A DNA stretch of 64,000 bases from Faecousia sp. GTDB lineage: Bacteria; Bacillota; Clostridia; Oscillospirales; Oscillospiraceae. The position numbers were made by a program, and so were the translations under genes. Each line of letters begins with the position of its first letter. Positions within the stretch are counted from its first letter, which is position 1. The stretch spans positions 22,919-86,918 of the forward strand of contig JAZSCE010000076.1 of the NCBI GenBank assembly GCA_045602725.1, given 5' to 3'. The notes below the pieces were generated by a model that did not search any database, was not told where the DNA came from, and worked only from the letters and a program-made list of their open reading frames with translations. This document shows, one piece after another, positions 56,139 to 64,000 of the stretch.

Positions 56139-57782
56139 ATGGATTATCAAGCCTTAGCGCAGTTGCTTTTTCCGGATGTAACGGATACTCCCGAAATGCT
56201 GGAGGAAAAGTATCCTGTCCGTAACCTGCCGGAGGGCGCGGTCGTGACCCGTATGGCACCGTCTCCCACCGGATTTGTCCACCTGGGCAATTTGGTACAG
56301 GGTCTGACTGCTGAACGTATGGCTCATCAGAGCGGCGGCGTGCTGTTCCTTCGTGTGGAAGATACAGACGCCAAGCGGGAGGTTCCCGGTGCGGTTGAGG
56401 TGCTCATCGATACGCTGAAGCACTACGGTATCGCCTTTGATGAAGGCGCTACCCACGATGGTGATAACGGCATTTACGGCCCATACCGTCAAAGACAGCG
56501 TGCAGGTCTATACCACGTATATGCCAAGAAGCTGGTTTCTCAGGGTATGGCATATCCCTGCTTCTGCACCGAGCAGGAGCTGGCAGCTATGCGGGAAAAG
56601 CAGGAAGCCAACAAGGAAACCACCGGCTATTACGGCAAGTACGCAATGTGGCGTGATCGCTCTATGGAGGAGATCCAGGCGAAGCTGGATGCTGGCGCTC
56701 CTTGGGTGCTGCGCTTCCGCTCGGAAGGCTCCATCTCCAATCAGTTTAAGTTTGATGATCTTGTCAAGGGTAAGCTGACCATTACGGAAAATGATGTGGA
56801 TCACGTACTGCTGAAATCCGACGGCATTCCCACTTATCACTTTGCCCACGCAGTGCATGATCACCTGATGCGCACCACCCACGTTGTCCGCGGTGATGAA
56901 TGGCTGGCAACGCTGCCGTTCCACATTCAGCTGTTCCGGGCGCTGGACTTTAAGCTGCCCAAGTATGTCCACATCGGACCGCTGATGAAAATGGACGGCA
57001 CCTCCAAGCGCAAGCTCTCCAAGCGGAAAGATCCTGAGCTGGCTCTGACCTTCTATAAGGCAGAGGGCTTCCCGGTGAAGGCGGTTTATGAGTATATTAT
57101 GACCATCCTGAACTCCAATTTTGAGGATTGGCGCAGAGCCGAGCCGGATAAGGAAGCTACGGAGTTTAAGTTCAGCCCCAAGAAGCTCAATCCTGCCGGC
57201 AGCTTGTTTGACTATGCCAAGCTGACCGACGTTTCCAAGAATGTCATTTCCAAGATGGATGCGGAGACTGTTTATGCATTGCTGCTGGAGTGGGCTCAGG
57301 AATTTGATGCGGACTTTGCCCAAAAGCTGGCTGCCGATAAGGACTTTGCTGTTGCGATTCTTGCCATCGGCCGTGGCGGCAAGAAGCCGAGAAAGGACCT
57401 GGCTACCTGGAAAGAGGCCAAGCCCTATATGGGCTTCTTCTATGACGAGTACCTGGAAGCACCCGCGTTTGACGAGAAATTCGACAAGGCGGTCATCAAG
57501 ACCGTATTGGAGAAGTTTGTGGCATCTTATGACGCCGCTGACGACTCTGCAGCCTGGTTTGAGAAGGTTAAGGATATTACGACAGCTATCGGCTTTACAA
57601 CCGATATGAAGGCCTATAAGGCCGATCCTGCCGCATTCCCCGGAACGGTGGCGGATGTATCCACCTTTATCCGTCAGGCAGTTACCGGCAAGACCAATTC
57701 CCCGGATCTTTACACGGTTATGCAGATCCTGGGCAAGGACCGCTCGTTGCAGCGGATCAATAAGGTGATCGCTACTTTGTAA
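56139..57782 (+). CDS. gltX: Glutamate--tRNA ligase
   Basis: TRMAPSPTGFVHLGN, LRVEDTD, AYPCFC, PTYHFA, VRGDEW, KLSKR. Confidence 0.95.
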   Translation: MDYQALAQLLFPDVTDTPEMLEEKYPVRNLPEGAVVTRMAPSPTGFVHLGNLVQGLTAERMAHQSGGVLFLRVEDTDAKREVPGAVEVLIDTLKHYGIAFDEGATHDGDNGIYGPYRQRQRAGLYHVYAKKLVSQGMAYPCFCTEQELAAMREKQEANKETTGYYGKYAMWRDRSMEEIQAKLDAGAPWVLRFRSEGSISNQFKFDDLVKGKLTITENDVDHVLLKSDGIPTYHFAHAVHDHLMRTTHVVRGDEWLATLPFHIQLFRALDFKLPKYVHIGPLMKMDGTSKRKLSKRKDPELALTFYKAEGFPVKAVYEYIMTILNSNFEDWRRAEPDKEATEFKFSPKKLNPAGSLFDYAKLTDVSKNVISKMDAETVYALLLEWAQEFDADFAQKLAADKDFAVAILAIGRGGKKPRKDLATWKEAKPYMGFFYDEYLEAPAFDEKFDKAVIKTVLEKFVASYDAADDSAAWFEKVKDITTAIGFTTDMKAYKADPAAFPGTVADVSTFIRQAVTGKTNSPDLYTVMQILGKDRSLQRINKVIATL

Positions 57783-57787
57783 AACAA

Positions 57788-57822
57788 GAAAACCTCCAAC
57801 GGAACACCGTTGGAGGTTTTTT
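57788..57822. terminator. Bidirectional terminator between gltX and rpe
   Basis: AAAACCTCCAACGG-AACA-CCGTTGGAGGTTTTTT. Confidence 0.85.
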
Positions 57823-57823
57823 A

Positions 57824-58474
57824 TCAGCTTTCCAGGGATTTGACAAAGGCGTTCTTGTCCTCGGCCTTGTAAAATGCAGAGCCGGCAACAAGCACATCGG
57901 CGCCGTTTTCCTTGCAGATTTCTGCGGTGACAACATCTACGCCGCCATCCACTTCCAGGTGACAGCCGGGCTTGTGGGTGTCGATCATTTCCTTCAAAGC
58001 CTTCAGCTTGGGCATCATATCCGCCATAAATTTCTGACCGCCGAAACCAGGCTCAACGGTCATTACCAGCACCAGCTCACACTTGTGCAGGTAGGGGAGT
58101 ACCGTTTCCGCCGGGGTCTTGGGCTTGACTACAATGCCGGGCTTGACACCGTTTGCGATGATCTTGTCAAGCGTTGCATCAATATTTTCGGGAGTATCGG
58201 ATTCTACGTGAATGGTCAGATAATCCGCACCGGCCTTGCAGAATTCGTCTACATAGCGGATGGGCGTATCGATCATCAGGTGAACATCCAGCACCATATT
58301 GGTAATGGGGCGCAGCGCCTTGACCATAGAGTAGCCAAAGGAAATGTTGGGAACGAAATGACCGTCCATAATATCCACATGGAGCCACTTTGCACCGGCA
58401 GCTTCCGTCATCTCAATATCCCGTTGCAGATTTACATAGTCCGCAGACAACATAGAAGGAGAAATAATCGCCAT
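57824..58474 (-). CDS. rpe: Ribulose-phosphate 3-epimerase
   Basis: SPSMLSAD, HVDIMDGHFVPN, DVHLM, MTVEPGFGGQKF, VDGG, VAGS. Confidence 0.97.
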   Translation of the reverse strand: MAIISPSMLSADYVNLQRDIEMTEAAGAKWLHVDIMDGHFVPNISFGYSMVKALRPITNMVLDVHLMIDTPIRYVDEFCKAGADYLTIHVESDTPENIDATLDKIIANGVKPGIVVKPKTPAETVLPYLHKCELVLVMTVEPGFGGQKFMADMMPKLKALKEMIDTHKPGCHLEVDGGVDVVTAEICKENGADVLVAGSAFYKAEDKNAFVKSLES

Positions 58475-58529
58475 AACAGTACCTCCTGAAAAATAAAAAG
58501 AAATCCGGAGGCGAGTGCCTCCGGATTTT

Positions 58530-58617
58530 TGGTGGGCGAGGCGGGACTTGAACCCGCACGTCCGCAGTGAACACTAGAACCTGAATCTAGCGAGTCTACC
58601 AATTCCACCACTCGCCC
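58530..58617 (-). tRNA. tRNA-Leu(CAG)
   Basis: CTAGA-TTCAGGT-TCTAG anticodon arm, long variable arm, TTCAAGT, CCA end. Confidence 0.96.
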
Positions 58618-58705
58618 ATATGTAGTTGCTCTTTACAGCCCCCGTATCATAGCACGAGAATTTCGATTTGTCAACAGGAAATTTGATAAATTTTCAAGAA
58701 AATTT

Positions 58706-58900
58706 TTAGTCCTTGTAATAGAGCATACAATGGCAGTAGCCTGTGAAATCCGGATCGGCAATCTGTTCTTTGAATTCCTTGCAGATGCACTTGTTATCTT
58801 CGGTGCGCTCCAATCTGCAGGGGCAGTATCCGCCGGTGCGTTTCAGACCTTCCCGAATGGTGGCGACCATTTCCTTGTCATCATTTAAGCGAACAGCCAT
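58706..58900 (-). CDS. Ferredoxin-thioredoxin reductase catalytic beta-chain-like small protein
   Basis: GYCPC..KCIC..GYCHCMLY Cys pattern; RBS AAGGAAG. Confidence 0.8.
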   Translation of the reverse strand: MAVRLNDDKEMVATIREGLKRTGGYCPCRLERTEDNKCICKEFKEQIADPDFTGYCHCMLYYKD

Positions 58901-58990
58901 TGCTTCACTTCCTTTCAAAAACATTATATCAATTTTGTCAAGTATAGTATGTTGTATATACAGAAAACACCACCCAGCAGGGTGGTGTTT

Positions 58991-59082
58991 TGGCGGAGTG
59001 AGAGGGATTTGAACCCTCGCGCGCTTTTTAGACGCCTACTCCCTTAGCAGGGGAGCCCCTTCGGCCTCTTGGGTATCACTCC
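58991..59082 (-). tRNA. tRNA-Ser(GCT)
   Basis: CTCCC-CTGCTAA-GGGAG anticodon arm, long variable arm, TTCAAAT, CCA end. Confidence 0.96.
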
Positions 59083-59234
59083 GTAGCCGAAAGCAATATT
59101 TGATTGCCAAAGTATTCTAGCATACCCATTTTCGTTTGTCAAGCCGTATTTCCGACCGTGTTGAACATTTATTTTGCAATCTGAATTCAGAATGTAACAA
59201 GGCCACCCAGGCGGGTGGCCTTGTAGCTTTATAT

Positions 59235-62200
59235 TTACCTTTTCACTGTCAGCTTGACCTTGGTGGTGTAGACGGTATTGCCGCCGTTGTCCTTGACACG
59301 GCAGCGATAGTAGTTGCCGTTATGGGTGGTTTTGCTGGTGAAGGTAAAGGTGGCCTTCCTTGCGGAGCTGGAAGAGCAGTTCTTCCAGGTCTTGCCGCCG
59401 TCGGTGGAGCACTGCCACTGATAAGTCTTACCAGCGCCGGTGGCCTCAACCACAAACTTGGCAGTCTTGCCTTTGGTCACGGTCTTGCTGACCGGCTGCT
59501 CGGTGATACCCAGCACATACAGCCGGACGGCATCGGTGTAAACCGTATTACCTGCGTTGTCTTTGATCCGGCAGCGGTAGTAATTGCTGCTGTGGGACGT
59601 CTTGGCGGTGAAGGTGAAGGTTGCACTGGTGGCGCTGGAGGAGGAACAATTCTTCCAGGTCTTGCCGTCAGTGGAAACCTGCCACTGGTAGGTTTTTCCT
59701 GCGCCGGTAGCCTTTACAGTGAACTTGACCTTCTCGCCGGCTTCTACCTTCTGCGTCTTGGGCTGGGTGGTAACGCTCAGAACATACAGCCGTACAGCAT
59801 CGGTGTAAACCTTGTTGCCATCGGAATCCGTGATAACGCAGCGGTAGTAGTTGCTGCTGTGGCTGGTTTTGGATGTAAAGGTAAAGGTGGCCTTCTTAGC
59901 GGTGCTGGAGGAGCAGTTCTTCCAGGTCTTGCCGTCGGCAGAGGACTGCCACTGATACTTAAGACCGACACCGGTAGCTTTGACCGTAAACTTAGCAGTA
60001 GCGCCAACTTTCACCTTCGCCGTCTTGGGCTGAGTGGCAATTTTCGCTGCCGGCTCAATGACAAAGTGCAGAATCTTTTGACCGCTGTATTTGCCCTTCA
60101 GGGTAATCGTCACTTCATAATCACCGGCTTCAACTGCATTGCTGGGATAGCGCACAGTATAGTCGGTGCCTTCGATCAGAAGATTTCCCTGCGCGTCCTT
60201 AACAGCGACAGAGGGCTTCTTTGTTGTGCCATCAGCGATAATGCTTTGGCCTAAAATGCCGCATACATCCACACGGTGGATAATGCTTGTGGGGCCGTCA
60301 GCGCCGCAGGTTTCACACTTTTGCGTGATGCTGCCATCTGTTGCAAAGGTGGCCTTTACCACGGTAGGCATGAAGCTGTGATCTGCTGTGCCGATACAGG
60401 ATTCGCAGTGCCAGGTTGCTGCAGCGATGATAGGATCTTCGATTGTGATATTCAATTTCTGCGCTTGCGTTCCGCGGTAGTAGACATCGGTCAGGTTATC
60501 GCAGAAGTAGAAAACATCCAAATCGATGTCGGTAACCGTTGCGGGAATTGTGATTTCCTTCAGGCTGGTATTGGCCCAGAACATACCATTGGGGATTCTG
60601 CAAAGCCCGCTGCCAATAACAGCGGTTTTCAGGTTGCTGCAATACTCAAAAACATGGGCTCCGACCTCCGTAACACTATCCGGGATGATAATGCTCTTCA
60701 GCCAGGAGCATTCCTTGAATGCATAGGATCCAATGCTGGTAAGACTGTTGGGCAGGGAAATGCTTTCAAGGTTTGTGCATCTTGAGAATGCACTTTCGCC
60801 AAGACTTGTTACACCATTGCAGAGTGTAACATTGGTCAGGCCGGTACAATCCATGAATGCGGCTTTCTCAATCATAGTAACACTGCCGGGAATCACAAGC
60901 TGGCGCAGATTGGTGCAGCCGTAAAATGCAGACGGACCGATCACGGCCACGTTGTTCGGAATTGTGATTTCGCTCAGGCTTGTGCAGCCGTAGAATGTGA
61001 ATTCCTCAATGGTGCCAATTTTCTTTGATAATTGAATATCGCTCAGGCTTGTGCAGCTGCTAAAAGCACCATTTCCGATAGCGGTGACATTGTTGCTCAT
61101 GGTTACGGTCTTCAGGTTGGTGCAATAGGCAAAGGCGTTGATGCCGATGGAGGTCACGCTGTCGGGCAGATGAACCTCAGTAATATCGGTACAAGACTGG
61201 AATGCCCAGGGATCAATGCCAACCACCGGATAGCCGCCCAAGGTGTCGGGAACGGTAATACTGCCGGTTGCGTACTCGCTGCAGCCGGTAATGTAAGCGC
61301 CATCTTCATAGATATTCCAGGAAAGATCCCACATAATCGGTGTGCAGTTATACAGAAGATTCAAATACTGCGGATGCTTGTTATTATCCAGCATGTGGAT
61401 CGCATCCCATTGCTCCCGCGTGCCGGCGTAGAGAACCATGGCCTGAGATTCCTCCAGCGGATGCAGATTGAAGTTAAAGATGGTTGCAGTAGCGGGAATA
61501 TAGACCTTCTTAAGATTGCAGGACCAGAATTGGCTGTCGATATTTGTAAGACTTTCGGGGAAATAGAGCCCGGTCAAATCGGAACAGTATTCAAAGGCAT
61601 TGTTAAGGGAAGTAACACCCTCGGGGACGATATAATCACCGCTTATGGTTTTGGGTGCGTAGTAAATGTTGCTTCCGTCTTTGCTGTAGAGGACGCTTTC
61701 AGCGTCTGCGTAGTAGCTGGGATTTGCCGGATCCACAATTATGGTGCTGAGGCTGGTGCAATCCTTGAAAATGCCTGCATCAAAATCCATATTGGTAACG
61801 CTGGCAGGAATGTCAAGCTGCGCAAGTTGCGAGCAGCCAAAGAAAGCGGAATAACCCACGGTCGTTACGGTGCTGGGAATTGTGTACGTGCCCAGCAGAG
61901 CGCAGGGAGCAGAAATCAGCTTGGTTTGGGGCTTATTAAACAGAATACCGTATCCGTCACTGCTGAAGTAGGGGTTGTCCTGCGCTACTACGAAACCGTT
62001 AAAGTCGCTGCATTCCTGAAAAGCAACCTGACCGATGGTATGTACGCCGGAAGGAATATAAATGCCTCTCAGAGCGGTACCGCAAAAGGCATTGTTGCCA
62101 ATGGTTTCTAAAGTTTCGGGCAAGGTGATATCCGTGATTTGGCAGAAACGGAAGGCGTTATTGCCAATGCCGGTGATGGGATAGCCGCCCAGGGTTGCAG

Positions 62201-63170
62201 GCAGCTCCAGGTTGCCCTCAATGAACGTATCACAAGCTGTGATGACGGCTCCACCGTCGATAATCTCATAGCTAAGATACCAGGGGTCAGGGGGAGCTGA
62301 GCCATCGCTTTCGTAGTGCATCGTAGCAGCATCCAGGGTTTCGTTGTTGCTGCCGATGGTAATATCGCGCCATTGGCTTTCTGTGCCTACATAGTGAACG
62401 TCTGCCAGCCCGGTGCATCTGTAGAATGCGTTATCATTAATGTTGCTAACACTTACAGGAACAACAAGCTTGCTGATACGGGAGCAGTTGCAAAATGCGT
62501 AATTGCCAATGATTGCAACGCTGTTGCCAAGCTTGACCGTTTTCAGGTTCATGCAGTTATTGAATGCACGGCCACTGATGGTGGTTACATCGTCGCTGAT
62601 AATCAGGTCAGTCAGGTACATACAGCCATCAAATGCGTATTCACCCACGGTCAGTACGCCGGCAGGAACGGTATATTCGCCGGAGATGGTCTTGGGAGCG
62701 CAGACAAGGACGGTTGCATTCTTGTTGAAGAGAATGCCGTCGATACAGCTGTAATTGGTGTTATTGTCAGAAACAACAAAACTCTGCAAATTATCACAGG
62801 CTTCAAATGCCAGCGTGCCAATGCTGCTGACGCTGTGACCTAGAGCGATTTGCTCCAAACCGGTGCAGCCGAGGAACGCAGCATCGCTGATGGTGGTTAC
62901 ACCGTTACCAGTGTTTACGCTGAGCGGATTGGTTAGATGCGCGAAAGCAAACTCACCAATGGTGGTTACCGGGTAGCCGCCCAAGGTGGAGGGGATTTCA
63001 ATGCTTCCGGTGGCGGTATTATCGCAATCGGTAATGATCGCTTCGCCATCGACAATTTCGTAGGTGAGCCAGCCGTCTGTTGCCGCCTTAGCTTCCGTGG
63101 GAAACAGCGTGAAGCAAAGAACGCAGATAACCAGCGCAGCCAATGCCGCTAATAACCAATGCTTTTTCAT
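59235..63170 (-). CDS. BspA-type leucine-rich-repeat secreted/surface protein with three C-terminal Ig-like repeats
   Basis: Signal peptide (AKA-A); many IPxSVTxIGxxAFxxCxxL repeats; 3x YQWQxSxDGKTWKNC..YYRC modules. Confidence 0.9.
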   Translation of the reverse strand: MKKHWLLAALAALVICVLCFTLFPTEAKAATDGWLTYEIVDGEAIITDCDNTATGSIEIPSTLGGYPVTTIGEFAFAHLTNPLSVNTGNGVTTISDAAFLGCTGLEQIALGHSVSSIGTLAFEACDNLQSFVVSDNNTNYSCIDGILFNKNATVLVCAPKTISGEYTVPAGVLTVGEYAFDGCMYLTDLIISDDVTTISGRAFNNCMNLKTVKLGNSVAIIGNYAFCNCSRISKLVVPVSVSNINDNAFYRCTGLADVHYVGTESQWRDITIGSNNETLDAATMHYESDGSAPPDPWYLSYEIIDGGAVITACDTFIEGNLELPATLGGYPITGIGNNAFRFCQITDITLPETLETIGNNAFCGTALRGIYIPSGVHTIGQVAFQECSDFNGFVVAQDNPYFSSDGYGILFNKPQTKLISAPCALLGTYTIPSTVTTVGYSAFFGCSQLAQLDIPASVTNMDFDAGIFKDCTSLSTIIVDPANPSYYADAESVLYSKDGSNIYYAPKTISGDYIVPEGVTSLNNAFEYCSDLTGLYFPESLTNIDSQFWSCNLKKVYIPATATIFNFNLHPLEESQAMVLYAGTREQWDAIHMLDNNKHPQYLNLLYNCTPIMWDLSWNIYEDGAYITGCSEYATGSITVPDTLGGYPVVGIDPWAFQSCTDITEVHLPDSVTSIGINAFAYCTNLKTVTMSNNVTAIGNGAFSSCTSLSDIQLSKKIGTIEEFTFYGCTSLSEITIPNNVAVIGPSAFYGCTNLRQLVIPGSVTMIEKAAFMDCTGLTNVTLCNGVTSLGESAFSRCTNLESISLPNSLTSIGSYAFKECSWLKSIIIPDSVTEVGAHVFEYCSNLKTAVIGSGLCRIPNGMFWANTSLKEITIPATVTDIDLDVFYFCDNLTDVYYRGTQAQKLNITIEDPIIAAATWHCESCIGTADHSFMPTVVKATFATDGSITQKCETCGADGPTSIIHRVDVCGILGQSIIADGTTKKPSVAVKDAQGNLLIEGTDYTVRYPSNAVEAGDYEVTITLKGKYSGQKILHFVIEPAAKIATQPKTAKVKVGATAKFTVKATGVGLKYQWQSSADGKTWKNCSSSTAKKATFTFTSKTSHSSNYYRCVITDSDGNKVYTDAVRLYVLSVTTQPKTQKVEAGEKVKFTVKATGAGKTYQWQVSTDGKTWKNCSSSSATSATFTFTAKTSHSSNYYRCRIKDNAGNTVYTDAVRLYVLGITEQPVSKTVTKGKTAKFVVEATGAGKTYQWQCSTDGGKTWKNCSSSSARKATFTFTSKTTHNGNYYRCRVKDNGGNTVYTTKVKLTVKR

Positions 63171-63255
63171 ATTAGTTCCTCCTTAGTTACAGTTATCTCT
63201 ATTGTATCGTGTATCTAGTCAGAAATCAAGTGTTTGCAGTGAGGATACAGATGAA

Positions 63256-63362
63256 AAGGCCCCCTCTGTCGAGGGGGCTGTCGAGCGTATGCGAGACTGG
63301 GGGAGAGAATCTCTCCCTCCGGCACGGCACAGGCCGCGCCACCTCCCTCATCAGAGGGAGGC
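63256..63362. repeat. REP/MITE-like multi-hairpin repeat, family A copy 2
   Basis: AAGGCCCCCTCTGTCGAGGGGGCTG...GACTGGGGGAGAGAA...CCTCCCTCATCAGAGGGAGG. Confidence 0.75.
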
Positions 63363-63366
63363 ATTA

Positions 63367-63753
63367 TTAAAGTTTCGCGTAAGTTCTGTCCAGAAATTTT
63401 TGGGTATTGACGCAGGCGCGCTTATGGGTGGCCTCGCCGATGATGCCGGCTTCGTCATAAGCGGTGATTTGGAAAGTGACGATCTTGCCGTCTACGGCGG
63501 TGACCTCAGCCTCCGCACGGACCTCAAGCCCCACCGGGGTGGCGGCGGTGTGTTTTAAGTTCAGCTCAATACCAACGGTGGTTTCACCATCAGCCAAGCC
63601 TTCCTCAATAGCGGCGCAGGCTGCGCCCTCCATCAGGGCTGCCATACAAGGTGTTGCATACACCAGCAGACTGCCGGAGCCAACCTCCAGGGCGGTGTCT
63701 TCCTTTTCACAGAGGTTTTCCGCAATGCCTTTCATTCCAACGGTTACATTCAT
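63367..63753 (-). CDS. FlK-like hotdog-fold thioesterase
   Basis: DTALEVGSG, YATPCMAALME, TTVG, HTAATPVG, EATHKR; RBS AAGGAG. Confidence 0.88.
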   Translation of the reverse strand: MNVTVGMKGIAENLCEKEDTALEVGSGSLLVYATPCMAALMEGAACAAIEEGLADGETTVGIELNLKHTAATPVGLEVRAEAEVTAVDGKIVTFQITAYDEAGIIGEATHKRACVNTQKFLDRTYAKL

Positions 63754-63879
63754 AGCAAGTGCTCCTTTGCTTTTTTCTTTCATCATACCCCAAAGGGGTA
63801 TTGGTGTCAATAATTATGGTTGCTATTTGGAAAAAAGGGGGTTATAATAGCGGTATCTTGAACAAAGGAGATAATCCGA

Positions 63880-64000
63880 ATGGATACAGATACTAAGCTG
63901 AATATGACCATGCTGTGCGATTTCTATGAGCTGACTATGGGCAATGGCTACTTTGAAAAGGGCTTCAAGGATCGCATCACCTATTTCGATCTGTTCTTCC
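63880..64000 (+). CDS. pncB: Nicotinate phosphoribosyltransferase, 5' part (truncated by window edge)
   Basis: RBS AAGGAG; MDTDTKLNMTMLCDFYELTMGNGY...YFDLFF matches the PncB N-terminus. Confidence 0.85.
   Translation, partial: MDTDTKLNMTMLCDFYELTMGNGYFEKGFKDRITYFDLFF

Overview
Chromosomal segment of a spore-forming, moderate-GC clostridial (probably Oscillospiraceae-like) bacterium; the taxon is inferred from gene content and sporulation-type promoters. The housekeeping genes are trmFO(3' end)-plsX-rnc, prfB-secG, nth, ssb, tdh-kbl, coaX, trpS, gltX, rpe, pncB(5' end) and three tRNAs (Arg-CCT, Leu-CAG, Ser-GCT). The main observation is a ~23.4 kb block (15959-39319) of 16 consecutive genes. 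Apart from one RDD protein and the ABC importer, whose substrate is inferred, all belong to nucleic-acid or nucleotide degradation/salvage families. The surface enzymes are a thermonuclease lipoprotein, a barnase-like RNase lipoprotein, a 5'-nucleotidase lipoprotein and a 2544-aa membrane-anchored protein with about nine OB-fold-like repeats and a C-terminal endonuclease I domain. The cytoplasmic enzymes are two NrnA/DHH proteins, SurE, a PHP hydrolase, a stand-alone 5'-3' exonuclease, DeoD and an unusual deoxyribonucleotidase-guanylate kinase fusion. Together this looks like a dedicated extracellular DNA/RNA utilisation locus. Secondary observations: accessory genes (a TIR protein and Zn-ribbon membrane proteins) each followed by the same AGGCTTGACC palindrome, a ~145-nt structured leader/sRNA, two REP/MITE-like repeat families, prfB without its programmed frameshift, a SigK-type small-gene trio and a BspA-like LRR surface protein. 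All calls come from reading motifs by eye; no database searches were run.
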